A stretch of DNA of 64,000 bases from Fibrobacterales bacterium (GCA_051532035.1 JAOPTW010000056.1:20613-84612); one strand, 5' to 3'. Positions 49,113 to 58,382 are shown, counted from the stretch's first letter. Notes: generated by a model from the sequence alone, not told the origin. Translations and numbers: made by a program.

Positions 49113-49898
49113 TTAAAGAGATTCTAAAAAGGAACTGACTGAGATGACGCTTTTTTGAAGCTCATCTGATTGAGGAACATGGCCTGAACCATCAAAATAA
49201 TCAGACGACCAGTTGTGAAGCAGAGTCGTGATCCATTCAATATTACTGTGGCTCAATATACCACCAAGTTCTTGATTGCCGTAAATAAGATGCACTGGGC
49301 ACGTGATTGCTGAAAGTACTTCCTCGCGGTGCACTCCTTCGACAAAATCAGGCCCAATATCGAGTACTTTAGCATCAAGGCGGGCAAGAGATTTTGCTTT
49401 CATGCGTGCAGCGGCACTATGCTCCTTGAATGCCCTATAAATTATCTCTTTATTGTCAAACTCTTCTGCAAGTAGTTTCCAGCTCGCAAAGGTTTCTTTC
49501 CACCACTTTTGTTCTAATATCTCGGGAAATAGAACGGGCTCAATTGCACAAACTGACTTAACAAGATTGGGGTAGAGTGAAGCTATGTTGAGTGAGACTA
49601 ACCCACCAAGAGAGTGTCCAATAAGAGTGACGTGCTCTGCTTTTAGTGTTTTAATGAAAGCAATAACATCACTGGTGTAATCGGCTACTGTATAACTTGC
49701 TGCACGAAATGAGGTACCATGACCACGGAAAGAGAGAGCATAGACTTTGTGATTAAAGGTGAGAGGGCTAAATAGAGGTATATTTTCCTGCCATCTACTC
49801 GTAATACCATGTAATATAATTACAGTTGAGCCGTTATCTGGGCCTTCGGCATATTCGAGGGAAATTGAGTCAGTAGAAAAATAGCGACGCGTGAGCAT
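49113..49898 (-). CDS. Alpha/beta hydrolase
   Basis: LHG, RGHG.S, GHSLGG nucleophile elbow, C-terminal GH. Confidence 0.88.
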   Translation of the reverse strand: MLTRRYFSTDSISLEYAEGPDNGSTVIILHGITSRWQENIPLFSPLTFNHKVYALSFRGHGTSFRAASYTVADYTSDVIAFIKTLKAEHVTLIGHSLGGLVSLNIASLYPNLVKSVCAIEPVLFPEILEQKWWKETFASWKLLAEEFDNKEIIYRAFKEHSAAARMKAKSLARLDAKVLDIGPDFVEGVHREEVLSAITCPVHLIYGNQELGGILSHSNIEWITTLLHNWSSDYFDGSGHVPQSDELQKSVISVSSFLESL

Positions 49899-50231
49899 AA
49901 CATCCTTTATAGGTAGAGTGAGTAATGAATAGCCTCAGTATACTATTTTTTGAATATTGAGGTTATAAAAATATTTGAGTTCACTCAAATTAGTTCAAAA
50001 AGAGGCTATTCTCTGTGGAAATTACAAATTGATTCAATACAAATTTGAAATTCCTAAAGAAAAACGAGTAGGCTTGGGCCGTTTTCCACTTGAAACTCTT
50101 ACATTTAAATCATAGAATAAATATTAACAAATTATGATATTCGGTCATTGCAGAAAGTGGTGTAAATCCGAAGAAAATTTCCTATATCAGTTGTCACTAA
50201 TGTAGGAAATGAAGAGTGAGGCATAAGAACT

Positions 50232-52871
50232 ATGGCAAAATATAAGCACATCACAGTACCAACATCAGGAAAAAAGATTGAGTTTACCGCAAAAGGTGTT
50301 CCTAAGAAAACAGATCACCCTATTGTTCCTTTTATAGAAGGTGATGGTATCGGTCCTGATATTTGGAGTGTAGCTAAAAGAATCTTAGACTCTTCAGTTG
50401 AAGCTGCGTACAATGGTAAAAAGAAAATTGAATGGATGGAAATCTTTGCCGGTGAAAAAGCTCTTGGAGTATATGGTGAAGATGAGTGGCTACCGGCAGA
50501 AACTCTTAAAGCACTCAAAGAGTTTAAAGTAGGAATTAAAGGGCCGCTAACCACACCAATTGGTGGCGGTATTCGCTCAATTAATGTTGCGCTTAGACAG
50601 ACTCTTGATCTGTATGCATGTGTACGTCCTGTGCGCTGGTTTCCTGGGGTGTCAGCACCAGTTAAGCACCCTGGTGAACTTGATGTAGTAATTTTCCGCG
50701 AGAATACAGAAGATGTATACGCTGGAATTGAGTATAAAGCTGGTTCAAAAGATGCAAAAGAGCTTATTAAATTTATTGCTGAGACCACTGGTAAAAAAGT
50801 GCGCCCAGCAAGTGCAATTGGTATTAAACCAGTGTCAGCTCTTGGCTCAAAACGTTTAGTTAAACGTGCTATTCAATATGCAATTGATAATAATCGTCCA
50901 ACAGTAACCTTGGTTCATAAAGGTAACATCATGAAATTCACCGAAGGTGGATTTAGAAATTGGGGTTATGAAGTTGCGAAGAAAGAGTTTGGAAACAAAG
51001 TAGTTACTTGGGAAGAAGTACAGACTAAATATAAAGGAAAACAGCCAAAGGGCAAAATCCTTATTAATGATGTTATTGCAGATGCAATGTTTCAAAATCT
51101 ACTCCTTGATCCCGCACAGTATGATGTCATTGCAACACTTAATTTGAATGGTGATTACCTTTCTGATGCATGTGCAGCCCAAGTTGGTGGACTCGGACTC
51201 GCTCCGGGGGCTAACTTTGGTGATAAAACAGTAATTTTTGAAGCGACTCATGGTACTGCACCTGCAATTGCTGGTATGGACCTTGCAAACCCATCATCTG
51301 TTCTTCTGAGTGCAGTAATGATGCTCGAGTTTTTTAACTGGAAAGATGCGGCAGACTTGGTATGTGATGCATTAACTGAATGTATTCGTTTGAAAAAGGT
51401 TACTAAGGACCTGGCTGATCAAATGACAGGCGCTGAAGGGCTCTCTTGTTCTGCTTTTGGCAAAGTGATGGTTGATACTATTGCCGAGCTTGCAGCCCAA
51501 CGGAAATTTCAAAAAAAAAAGTCTCAAAAAAAAACTGAAGAAGTAAGTGTTGTTGATCAGTTTGAAAATAGAGCAAATATAGAAGCAAATCAAATGGAGT
51601 CAGGGCGCGGTGAGCGCCTTTATCAAAGTAACCTTCAAGATTATTTAAAAGGCGCTGAAGGGAAATTACTTGCACCATTTGATGGCGAAGACGATGAAGT
51701 TGTTAAGTTTCAGAACAATACTCTGTATAAAATTAAAGAAAATAATCTAGATTCGGGACTGCGCAGTGTACCTGTTGGGCACTGTGTTACTAGTTTTGTT
51801 GATCCAATTGACGGTGTACATTATGCCGGTTATCCTATTGCTGACTTGGCGTATAAGGCACCTGAAGAGGTTATTTATCTTCTTTTTAATTTAGAGCTTC
51901 CTAATAAGCGACAACTTAATGACTTTAAAGAAGAATTAAGGGACCGCTCTAAGCTCCACCCATTGATTATTGAACGAATTGCTCGCTTACCCAAAGATGC
52001 CCACCCAATGCAGTGGCTTATTACGGGTATTAATGCAATGGCTATGTTTAATACAAATAATTATCGTAATGACTGTATGAATTTTGTTGCCCAAATTCCT
52101 GAAGTTGTGGCTGCTATATTTAGATATCGTGAGGGGTGGGGAGAGGCTATTCCATCAAAACCTGAACTCGGGTATATGGAAAACTTTACCCATATGATGG
52201 GGGCTCCTGGTGCGCACGAAAATTTAAAACAGTTAATGAAAATTTTCAATATTCTTCACTATGATCATGGCGGAGGAAACCTTTCTACACTCGTAGGTAA
52301 AGCAGTAGCTTCGGGACATGAACATGTGTATGGTTCATTGATTGCAGCAATGTGTGCCTTAGATGGGCCACTGCATGGTCGAGCAAACCAAGAGTGTTTG
52401 GCGTTTATCGATTTAGTTTTAGAGAAAATTCCTAATCCAGAAGATGAAGATGCTCTTGAAGCGTTTATTCAAAATCATTTTGATAATGGTGGAAAAATAT
52501 TTGGATTTGGTCATGCGGTACTTCGTGGTGAAGACCCTCGTGCAACGGTGCAATACGGATTGGGTGATGACCTCGGTCTTGATACCCCACACTTTAAAAT
52601 GGCTAAGGCCCTTAGAAAAGTTGCAGTAAAAGTGCTTTCACGTAATCCAAAAGTATCTAATCCATATCCTAATGTTGATGCGGTATCTGGGTCGCTCCTA
52701 AAAGCATGTGGCCTTGAAGATGAAAACTACTATACGGTACTCTTTGGGCTTTCACGCTGTGTGGGAATTGCTGCTCAGATTCTCTATGAGCGCACTGTTG
52801 CTCGTGGTGGTAAAGGAGTTCCAATTATGCGTCCTAAATACATCTATGCAGGGCCTAGAAGAGATAAATAA
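50232..52871 (+). CDS. Isocitrate dehydrogenase (aa ~1-420) fused to citrate synthase (aa ~495-879)
   Basis: IDH: GDGIGP, KGPLTTP.GGGIRS.NVALRQ, VHKGNIMK.TEG, NLNGDY.SD, FEATHGTAP; CS: DHGGGNLS, GPLHG.ANQE, GFGHAVLR..DPR, PNVDA.SG, YTVLFG.SR. Confidence 0.92.
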   Translation: MAKYKHITVPTSGKKIEFTAKGVPKKTDHPIVPFIEGDGIGPDIWSVAKRILDSSVEAAYNGKKKIEWMEIFAGEKALGVYGEDEWLPAETLKALKEFKVGIKGPLTTPIGGGIRSINVALRQTLDLYACVRPVRWFPGVSAPVKHPGELDVVIFRENTEDVYAGIEYKAGSKDAKELIKFIAETTGKKVRPASAIGIKPVSALGSKRLVKRAIQYAIDNNRPTVTLVHKGNIMKFTEGGFRNWGYEVAKKEFGNKVVTWEEVQTKYKGKQPKGKILINDVIADAMFQNLLLDPAQYDVIATLNLNGDYLSDACAAQVGGLGLAPGANFGDKTVIFEATHGTAPAIAGMDLANPSSVLLSAVMMLEFFNWKDAADLVCDALTECIRLKKVTKDLADQMTGAEGLSCSAFGKVMVDTIAELAAQRKFQKKKSQKKTEEVSVVDQFENRANIEANQMESGRGERLYQSNLQDYLKGAEGKLLAPFDGEDDEVVKFQNNTLYKIKENNLDSGLRSVPVGHCVTSFVDPIDGVHYAGYPIADLAYKAPEEVIYLLFNLELPNKRQLNDFKEELRDRSKLHPLIIERIARLPKDAHPMQWLITGINAMAMFNTNNYRNDCMNFVAQIPEVVAAIFRYREGWGEAIPSKPELGYMENFTHMMGAPGAHENLKQLMKIFNILHYDHGGGNLSTLVGKAVASGHEHVYGSLIAAMCALDGPLHGRANQECLAFIDLVLEKIPNPEDEDALEAFIQNHFDNGGKIFGFGHAVLRGEDPRATVQYGLGDDLGLDTPHFKMAKALRKVAVKVLSRNPKVSNPYPNVDAVSGSLLKACGLEDENYYTVLFGLSRCVGIAAQILYERTVARGGKGVPIMRPKYIYAGPRRDK

Positions 52872-52897
52872 TTTATCTCTTTATACATAGCTATTTG

Positions 52898-52927
52898 GCC
52901 GAGGTGTTTTACACCTCGGCTTTTTTT
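52898..52927 (+). terminator. Intrinsic terminator after the icd-CS fusion
   Basis: GCCGAGGTGT-ttt-ACACCTCGGC followed by T7. Confidence 0.92.
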
Positions 52928-53048
52928 CATTTATGGTGTTATTGTAGCGTAAAAGTGGGCAAAGCCCTAAATATGATGCTAAAGCATGGTTTAAGGAATA
53001 AGAATTTTTACATTTACCATGTTTAATAATTTAATGAATGAGGATTGT

Positions 53049-53882
53049 ATGATTCGAATCTTACTTATGTCGGTACTCGTAAGTGTGGCATGCTCTGCTG
53101 CTCAGACTACAACTGTTGAAATTAACACGAGCTATGGCTGGAGTTTAGGGGGTGATAATGAGTACTCTTATTCTCGTTTTGATAACGTAGATAGTACCAA
53201 GTCTGAATACCTCGATTTAGAAGAGGCACATACTACCCTTGGAAATGGTCTTAATTATGACTTAACCGTTAAAAAGTCAATAAATGAACAGTGGGGATTG
53301 CTGCTTTCTGTTGGGTATAGTCAGATTAATGCGAATACGTTTGAGCAAATTGTCAGATTGGACTCAACTCCATCAACACAGCCTTTAAAGAGCTCAATTG
53401 AAAAAATTGAAACAAAAGTTACATTCATACCTTTTGGTATTGGCGTTTACTTTGAAGCAACGGACTATTTTTTAAAACCGTATGGCAGTGCTTCATTCGT
53501 TGTAAATAAAATACAGTCGTATACACAGAATATTTCTAAAACTGAGAGTACTTCAAATCCTGATTCTTTAGATCTACATACAACAGAGCTTGAGTATGAT
53601 ATCGACTTAGGCTTTGGGGTTGATGCTCGATTAGGTCTCTATGTTCCACTTTTTGATAACTTGATGCTCAACGGTTATGGGTTTGTTAGACAAGCACGGA
53701 ATAGAGTAAAAAGTATCTCTCGGACATTTGACGATGTGACTAATATTATGGAAACTTTTATTGATAAGAATGGGGAACAGAGTAACACAGATATAGCAAT
53801 GACATATAGTGCCCCGAGTGATAAAAGTGTTATAATAACGAGTGCGTGGGGTGTGGGGCTTGGTATTGTTTTTCGGTATTAG
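53049..53882 (+). CDS. Outer-membrane beta-barrel protein
   Basis: Signal peptide, amphipathic strands, C-terminal GVGLGIVFRY beta-signal; GAGGA upstream of ATG 53049. Confidence 0.65.
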   Translation: MIRILLMSVLVSVACSAAQTTTVEINTSYGWSLGGDNEYSYSRFDNVDSTKSEYLDLEEAHTTLGNGLNYDLTVKKSINEQWGLLLSVGYSQINANTFEQIVRLDSTPSTQPLKSSIEKIETKVTFIPFGIGVYFEATDYFLKPYGSASFVVNKIQSYTQNISKTESTSNPDSLDLHTTELEYDIDLGFGVDARLGLYVPLFDNLMLNGYGFVRQARNRVKSISRTFDDVTNIMETFIDKNGEQSNTDIAMTYSAPSDKSVIITSAWGVGLGIVFRY

Positions 53883-53917
53883 AAGTGGATCTCACTGGTT
53901 CGAATATAATTGAACAT

Positions 53918-53958
53918 AAAAAAAGGCAGCTCTCTGAAAAGTGAGCTGCCTTTTTTTT
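53918..53958. terminator. Bidirectional terminator
   Basis: AAAAAAAGGCAGCTC...GAGCTGCCTTTTTTTT. Confidence 0.88.
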
Positions 53959-53971
53959 GTGACGATCTTTA

Positions 53972-56515
53972 CTATACTAGATGAAAATTCAAATAGCGGT
54001 AGAGTGTATCTTCATTCCCAACAATGGTTTCATTGTAGAGCGCTAAATACTCTTCTTTAGTAGGAATCTTACCTTTGAGTGCAACGACTGCTGCGAGCTC
54101 TGATGAGCCAAGATAAACATTGGCATCTTTACCTAAACGGTTATTGAAATTACGTGTTGAGGTAGAGAATACGGTATGGCCATCTTTAACGCGCGCTTGG
54201 TTACCCATACAAAGTGAGCATCCAGGAAGCTCTAATCGTGCTCCTGCGCCAGAGAATGTTGAGTAGTAGCCTTCATCAATGAGTTGCTTTTCGTCCATTT
54301 TAGTTGGAGGGCAGACCCAAAGTTGTGATTCAGCGAAGCCATTCCCTTCAAGAATTTTACCAGCAGCTCTAAAAAGTCCAATATTGGTCATACATGAACC
54401 AATAAAGACATCATCAACAGTATCGCCTGCAACTTCAGAAAGGAGTTTAACATCATCTGGGTCATTAGGACAGGCAAGAATAGGTTCAGTTATTTCGTCG
54501 AGGTTAATTTCGATGATGTCGGCATATTGAGCATTGGCATCAGCACTCATGAGTTCATCATTTGCAAGCCATTCTCGTACAGCATCAATACGCTTTTGGA
54601 GCGTGTCTGCATGGCTGTAGCCATCTGCAATCATCTGTTCCATTAGTGCAACATTTGAATTAAGGTACTCTTCGACGGGGCCACGGTTAAGTTTGATCGT
54701 TGAACCAGCTGCTGAACGCTCTGCGGTTGCATCAGTAAGCTCAAATGCTTGCTCAACTTTAAGATCGGGGAGCCCTTCTATTTCAATAATTTTACCAGAG
54801 AAAATATTTTTCTTACCCTCTTTCTCAACAGTAAGTTTACCCTCTTGAATCGCTTGCCATGGAATCATGTTTACAGCATCACGTAGAGTGAGTCCTGGTT
54901 GGAGGCTACCACTGAAACGGACCAGTATCGATTCAGGCATGTCGAGGGGCATCACGCCAAGTGCTGCACCAAATGCAACGAGTCCTGAGCCTGCCGGGAA
55001 TGAGATTCCCATTGGGAACCGAGTATGAGAATCGCCACCAGTACCTACAGTATCGGGGATAAGGAGACGGTTAAGCCATGAGTGAATAACTCCATCACCA
55101 GGGCGGAGTGCAACTCCTTTACGGCTACTAATAAAATCGGGAAGTGTTGAATGTGTAATTACATCAGAAGGTTTCGGATAGGCTGCAGTGTGACAGAATG
55201 ACTGCATAACCAAGTCTGCGTTAAACTCAAGGCAGGCAAGTTCAGTCATTTCGTTTGCGGTCATTGGACCCGTAGTATCTTGTGAACCAACCGTTGTCAT
55301 TTTTGGGAGACACGCAGTTCCAGGAAGTATTCCGTCAACTCCACACGCTTTACCAACCATTTTTTGAGCAAGAGTATACCCTTGTCCTTCAGCAGGTTGT
55401 GTGTTGTCGGGATTAACAAAAATACCACTCTCTTCAATAATAGAAAGTTTTAAATAGTCGCGTGCTTTTCCGGTGAGTAGTTTTCCGATAATGAGGGGGA
55501 CGCGGCCACCTGCACGGTACTCATCTAAAATTGTTGCGGGCTTATTCTTGAATGTTGTTATGAGAACACCAGATTCATCGTGGATCTCACCTTTGTGAGG
55601 ATACACTGTCACAACCATACCTGTTTTAAGTTTTGTTACATCAGCTTGAAGGGGAAGTGACCCTGAGTCCTCGGCTGTGTTAAAAAAGATAGGAGCAATA
55701 ATACCACCAATAATGACACCACCACGTTTTTTATTGGGGATAAATGGAATTTCATTACCAATATGCCAGAGGAGTGAATTACAGGCGGATTTTCTTGATG
55801 AGCCTGTACCAACAACATCACCCACAAAGCTCACAGGAAGGTCATTTTTTGTTCTTAAGTCAGCAATCTCTTTGGGGCCATTAGGAAAAATAGTACCACC
55901 CATGACATTTGCATGAAGGGGGATGTCTGAACGAGTATATGCATATGCAGCTGGAGAGAAATCATCAGTGTTGATCTCACCATCTACTTTGTACAGTACT
56001 GTTTTAATTGCCTCAGGTACTGCAGGCTGTCTGGTGAACCACTCAGCGGTAGCCCATGATTCAATAATTCCTTGAGCAAGTGCGTTACCACTTTTGGCAA
56101 GAGCTTCGATATCTTCGTAGCGATTGACCGAAAGTACAATTCCTTTGAGTGCATCAGCGGCTTGAGGTGCCAGGGAAGAGCCACCTTCTACAATAGTTAC
56201 GAGTGCATCGATGTTATACCCACCAACCATTGTTGATAAGAGTTCGATAGCTTTCTCAGCAGAAACAATCGGTGAGGTTGCCGTACCTTGAGCGAGGTCG
56301 AGAAGAAATTCTGCTTTGAGCTTTGCCGCAGGATCAACACCTGGATTTACACGGTTCGCAATGAGATCAAATAGCTCTTGCTCGGTACCGTCAGAAGGTT
56401 TTTTTAAAAGGGTGATAACGTCAGAAGCTTGTTCAACAGTTAAAGGAAGGGGAGGTATGCCTTCTTTGGCTCGGGCTGCTACTTGCTCGTTATATGTATC
56501 AAAAAAGTTGCTCAT
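53972..56515 (-). CDS. acnB: Aconitate hydratase B
   Basis: GE.NTDD.SPA, GTGSSRKSA, VGSQDTTGPM, QSFCHTAAYP, GGDSHTRFP, GSCMTNIG, PGCSLCMGNQAR, STSTRNF.NR. Confidence 0.97.
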   Translation of the reverse strand: MSNFFDTYNEQVAARAKEGIPPLPLTVEQASDVITLLKKPSDGTEQELFDLIANRVNPGVDPAAKLKAEFLLDLAQGTATSPIVSAEKAIELLSTMVGGYNIDALVTIVEGGSSLAPQAADALKGIVLSVNRYEDIEALAKSGNALAQGIIESWATAEWFTRQPAVPEAIKTVLYKVDGEINTDDFSPAAYAYTRSDIPLHANVMGGTIFPNGPKEIADLRTKNDLPVSFVGDVVGTGSSRKSACNSLLWHIGNEIPFIPNKKRGGVIIGGIIAPIFFNTAEDSGSLPLQADVTKLKTGMVVTVYPHKGEIHDESGVLITTFKNKPATILDEYRAGGRVPLIIGKLLTGKARDYLKLSIIEESGIFVNPDNTQPAEGQGYTLAQKMVGKACGVDGILPGTACLPKMTTVGSQDTTGPMTANEMTELACLEFNADLVMQSFCHTAAYPKPSDVITHSTLPDFISSRKGVALRPGDGVIHSWLNRLLIPDTVGTGGDSHTRFPMGISFPAGSGLVAFGAALGVMPLDMPESILVRFSGSLQPGLTLRDAVNMIPWQAIQEGKLTVEKEGKKNIFSGKIIEIEGLPDLKVEQAFELTDATAERSAAGSTIKLNRGPVEEYLNSNVALMEQMIADGYSHADTLQKRIDAVREWLANDELMSADANAQYADIIEINLDEITEPILACPNDPDDVKLLSEVAGDTVDDVFIGSCMTNIGLFRAAGKILEGNGFAESQLWVCPPTKMDEKQLIDEGYYSTFSGAGARLELPGCSLCMGNQARVKDGHTVFSTSTRNFNNRLGKDANVYLGSSELAAVVALKGKIPTKEEYLALYNETIVGNEDTLYRYLNFHLV

Positions 56516-56545
56516 ATTCACTCGGTTGTTTTGGGTTTATACTAA

Positions 56546-57751
56546 TTATACTAATTCTTTTTCATTTTTGAGTTGATTCTCTGCAGTGAGTCTTACCGCT
56601 TCTGCAACAGCGGCCGCAACGCCTGGATCAAAGGGGTCAGGGATGATTTTATCTGCGGTAGGTTCCTTAATGAGGTCTGCGAGGGCATACGCTGCAGCAA
56701 TTTTCATTTCAGGGGTAATTTGTTTGGCCTTTGCATCAAGGGCACCTCTAAAAATACCCGGAAATACGAGAACGTTGTTTACTTGGTTGGGGAAGTCACT
56801 TCGGCCAGTACCAATTACCGCTGCACCACCCGCTTTTGCTTCGTCGGGCATAATTTCTGGTTTTGGGTTTGCCATAGCAAGCACTATTGCATCCTTACTC
56901 ATTTTGGCTACATCCTCTCTCTTGAGGACTCCAGGACGAGATACGCCGATAAATACATCAGCCCCTTCAATCACATCACTTAGTTTCCCGCCACGATTCT
57001 CTTTATTGGTAAATTCTAGCAGCTTTTCATATTCTGGAGTGAGATGCGAACGGCCTTTGACTAACGCACCGTGTTCATCACAAAGAATGATATTATGTAC
57101 CGGTGGCCTATCGGGCGATGCTGCAAATCCTTGCATAGCTATTAATCGTGCAATTGCTGAGCCGGCAGCGCCGGGGCCAGAAATAACAACATTGAGGTCT
57201 TCTACTTTTTTATTCACAACTTTAGTTGCATTGATTATGGCGGCTAAACAGACAATTGCAGTACCAAATTGATCATCATGAAAAACAGGTATGCCTAAGT
57301 CTTGGAGCTCATTCTCAATTTCAAAACAACGAGGAGCGGCAATATCCTCGAGGTTGATACCGCCAAAACTTGGAGCTAAATAGCGAATTGTCTTAATGAT
57401 CTCTTTAGGGTCTGTAGTGTCGAGGCAGAGTGGCCATGCGTCAATATTGGCATATTGTTTAAAGAGGAGTGCTTTGCCTTCCATTACAGGCATCGCTGCT
57501 TCTGGACCGATATTGCCCAGGCCAAGTACTGCCGTACCATCGGTCACAACTGCAATAGCGTTTCCACGAATCGTCAATGTTTTAGAAAGCTCTGGGTCTT
57601 TAGCAATTGCAAGACATGGTTCTGCAACTCCGGGGGTATAGGCAACACAAAGATCTTCTTTGTTTTTTACACAAAATTTTGATTCAATACCGATTTTACC
57701 TTGGCATTGCTTATGCATATCCATGGACATTTTGAAGTAGTCTACAGCCAT
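56546..57751 (-). CDS. NAD(P)-dependent malic enzyme (short form)
   Basis: YTPGVA, DGTAVLGLG.IG..A..PVMEGK..LFK, INLEDI.AP.CF, FHDDQ.GTA, ANP.PEI, TGRSD.PNQVNN. Confidence 0.95.
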   Translation of the reverse strand: MAVDYFKMSMDMHKQCQGKIGIESKFCVKNKEDLCVAYTPGVAEPCLAIAKDPELSKTLTIRGNAIAVVTDGTAVLGLGNIGPEAAMPVMEGKALLFKQYANIDAWPLCLDTTDPKEIIKTIRYLAPSFGGINLEDIAAPRCFEIENELQDLGIPVFHDDQFGTAIVCLAAIINATKVVNKKVEDLNVVISGPGAAGSAIARLIAMQGFAASPDRPPVHNIILCDEHGALVKGRSHLTPEYEKLLEFTNKENRGGKLSDVIEGADVFIGVSRPGVLKREDVAKMSKDAIVLAMANPKPEIMPDEAKAGGAAVIGTGRSDFPNQVNNVLVFPGIFRGALDAKAKQITPEMKIAAAYALADLIKEPTADKIIPDPFDPGVAAAVAEAVRLTAENQLKNEKELV

Positions 57752-57905
57752 TCGGGCTCTCGCTTTATGTAGCATAATTGTGTAATACTATTACAGTAAT
57801 TATGAATATAATAATGTAACTGAAATTTAACTTAATTAGACTGGGATTTAGTCTCGAATTGGTTGTTTACCAATTAAGTATAACTTTGAACTTCTTTATA
57901 AAGCC

Positions 57906-58310
57906 CTAGTGTTTCTTGCACTTACCGTGTATGGTTAGCGTTGTTGTACTCAATGAAAAGGTGTTGGCAATAATGTCGGGAAGTGAATTCCGTTCAGTGA
58001 TATGTGTCTCGATAGAGTCACATTGGGTACACTGTACTGTGAGTGAAATAGTGGTGTTGGTATTTTGAAATTCACTAATGAGGTTTTGATTGACTCTACT
58101 TAAAATACTCTTTCGGTTAAACTCTCGAAGTGTATTATAAATTGTTGTCTTGGAAAGAGTAGAGAGTTCGCTCTTAAGGTCACGATACATGGTTTCAATG
58201 GTAGGAAATTCTTCTTGCCCCATAAGGTATTCAAAGATTTTAATTCTTTGGAATGAAGGCTTGATACCATGATGGAGTAGATATTGGGTAATTGAGGATT
58301 GGGCAACCAT
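57906..58310 (-). CDS. Degenerate Fur/PerR-family regulator
   Basis: GIKPS.QRIKI..YL, TLSKTTIYNTL; retains CxxC but lacks His ligands. Confidence 0.7.
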   Translation of the reverse strand: MVAQSSITQYLLHHGIKPSFQRIKIFEYLMGQEEFPTIETMYRDLKSELSTLSKTTIYNTLREFNRKSILSRVNQNLISEFQNTNTTISLTVQCTQCDSIETHITERNSLPDIIANTFSLSTTTLTIHGKCKKH

Positions 58311-58368
58311 TATATTCTCATGTTATAGAATCACAGACCAAATAATAGTGATTCATTGGTAGAAAACC

Positions 58369-58382
58369 TTGATCTAGATCAA
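58369..58382. promoter_or_regulatory. FNR-type binding site
   Basis: TTGAT-CTAG-ATCAA exact consensus inside the perfect 18-bp palindrome CCTTGATCTAGATCAAGG (58367-58384). Confidence 0.65.

Noticed and set aside
51594..52871. Independent citrate synthase gene starting at ATG 51594
   Set aside because: No in-frame stop upstream and no clear SD; internal initiation cannot be fully excluded
56573..57272. Long plus-strand ORFs (228 and 136 aa)
   Set aside because: Antisense shadows of the malic enzyme gene with no recognisable motifs
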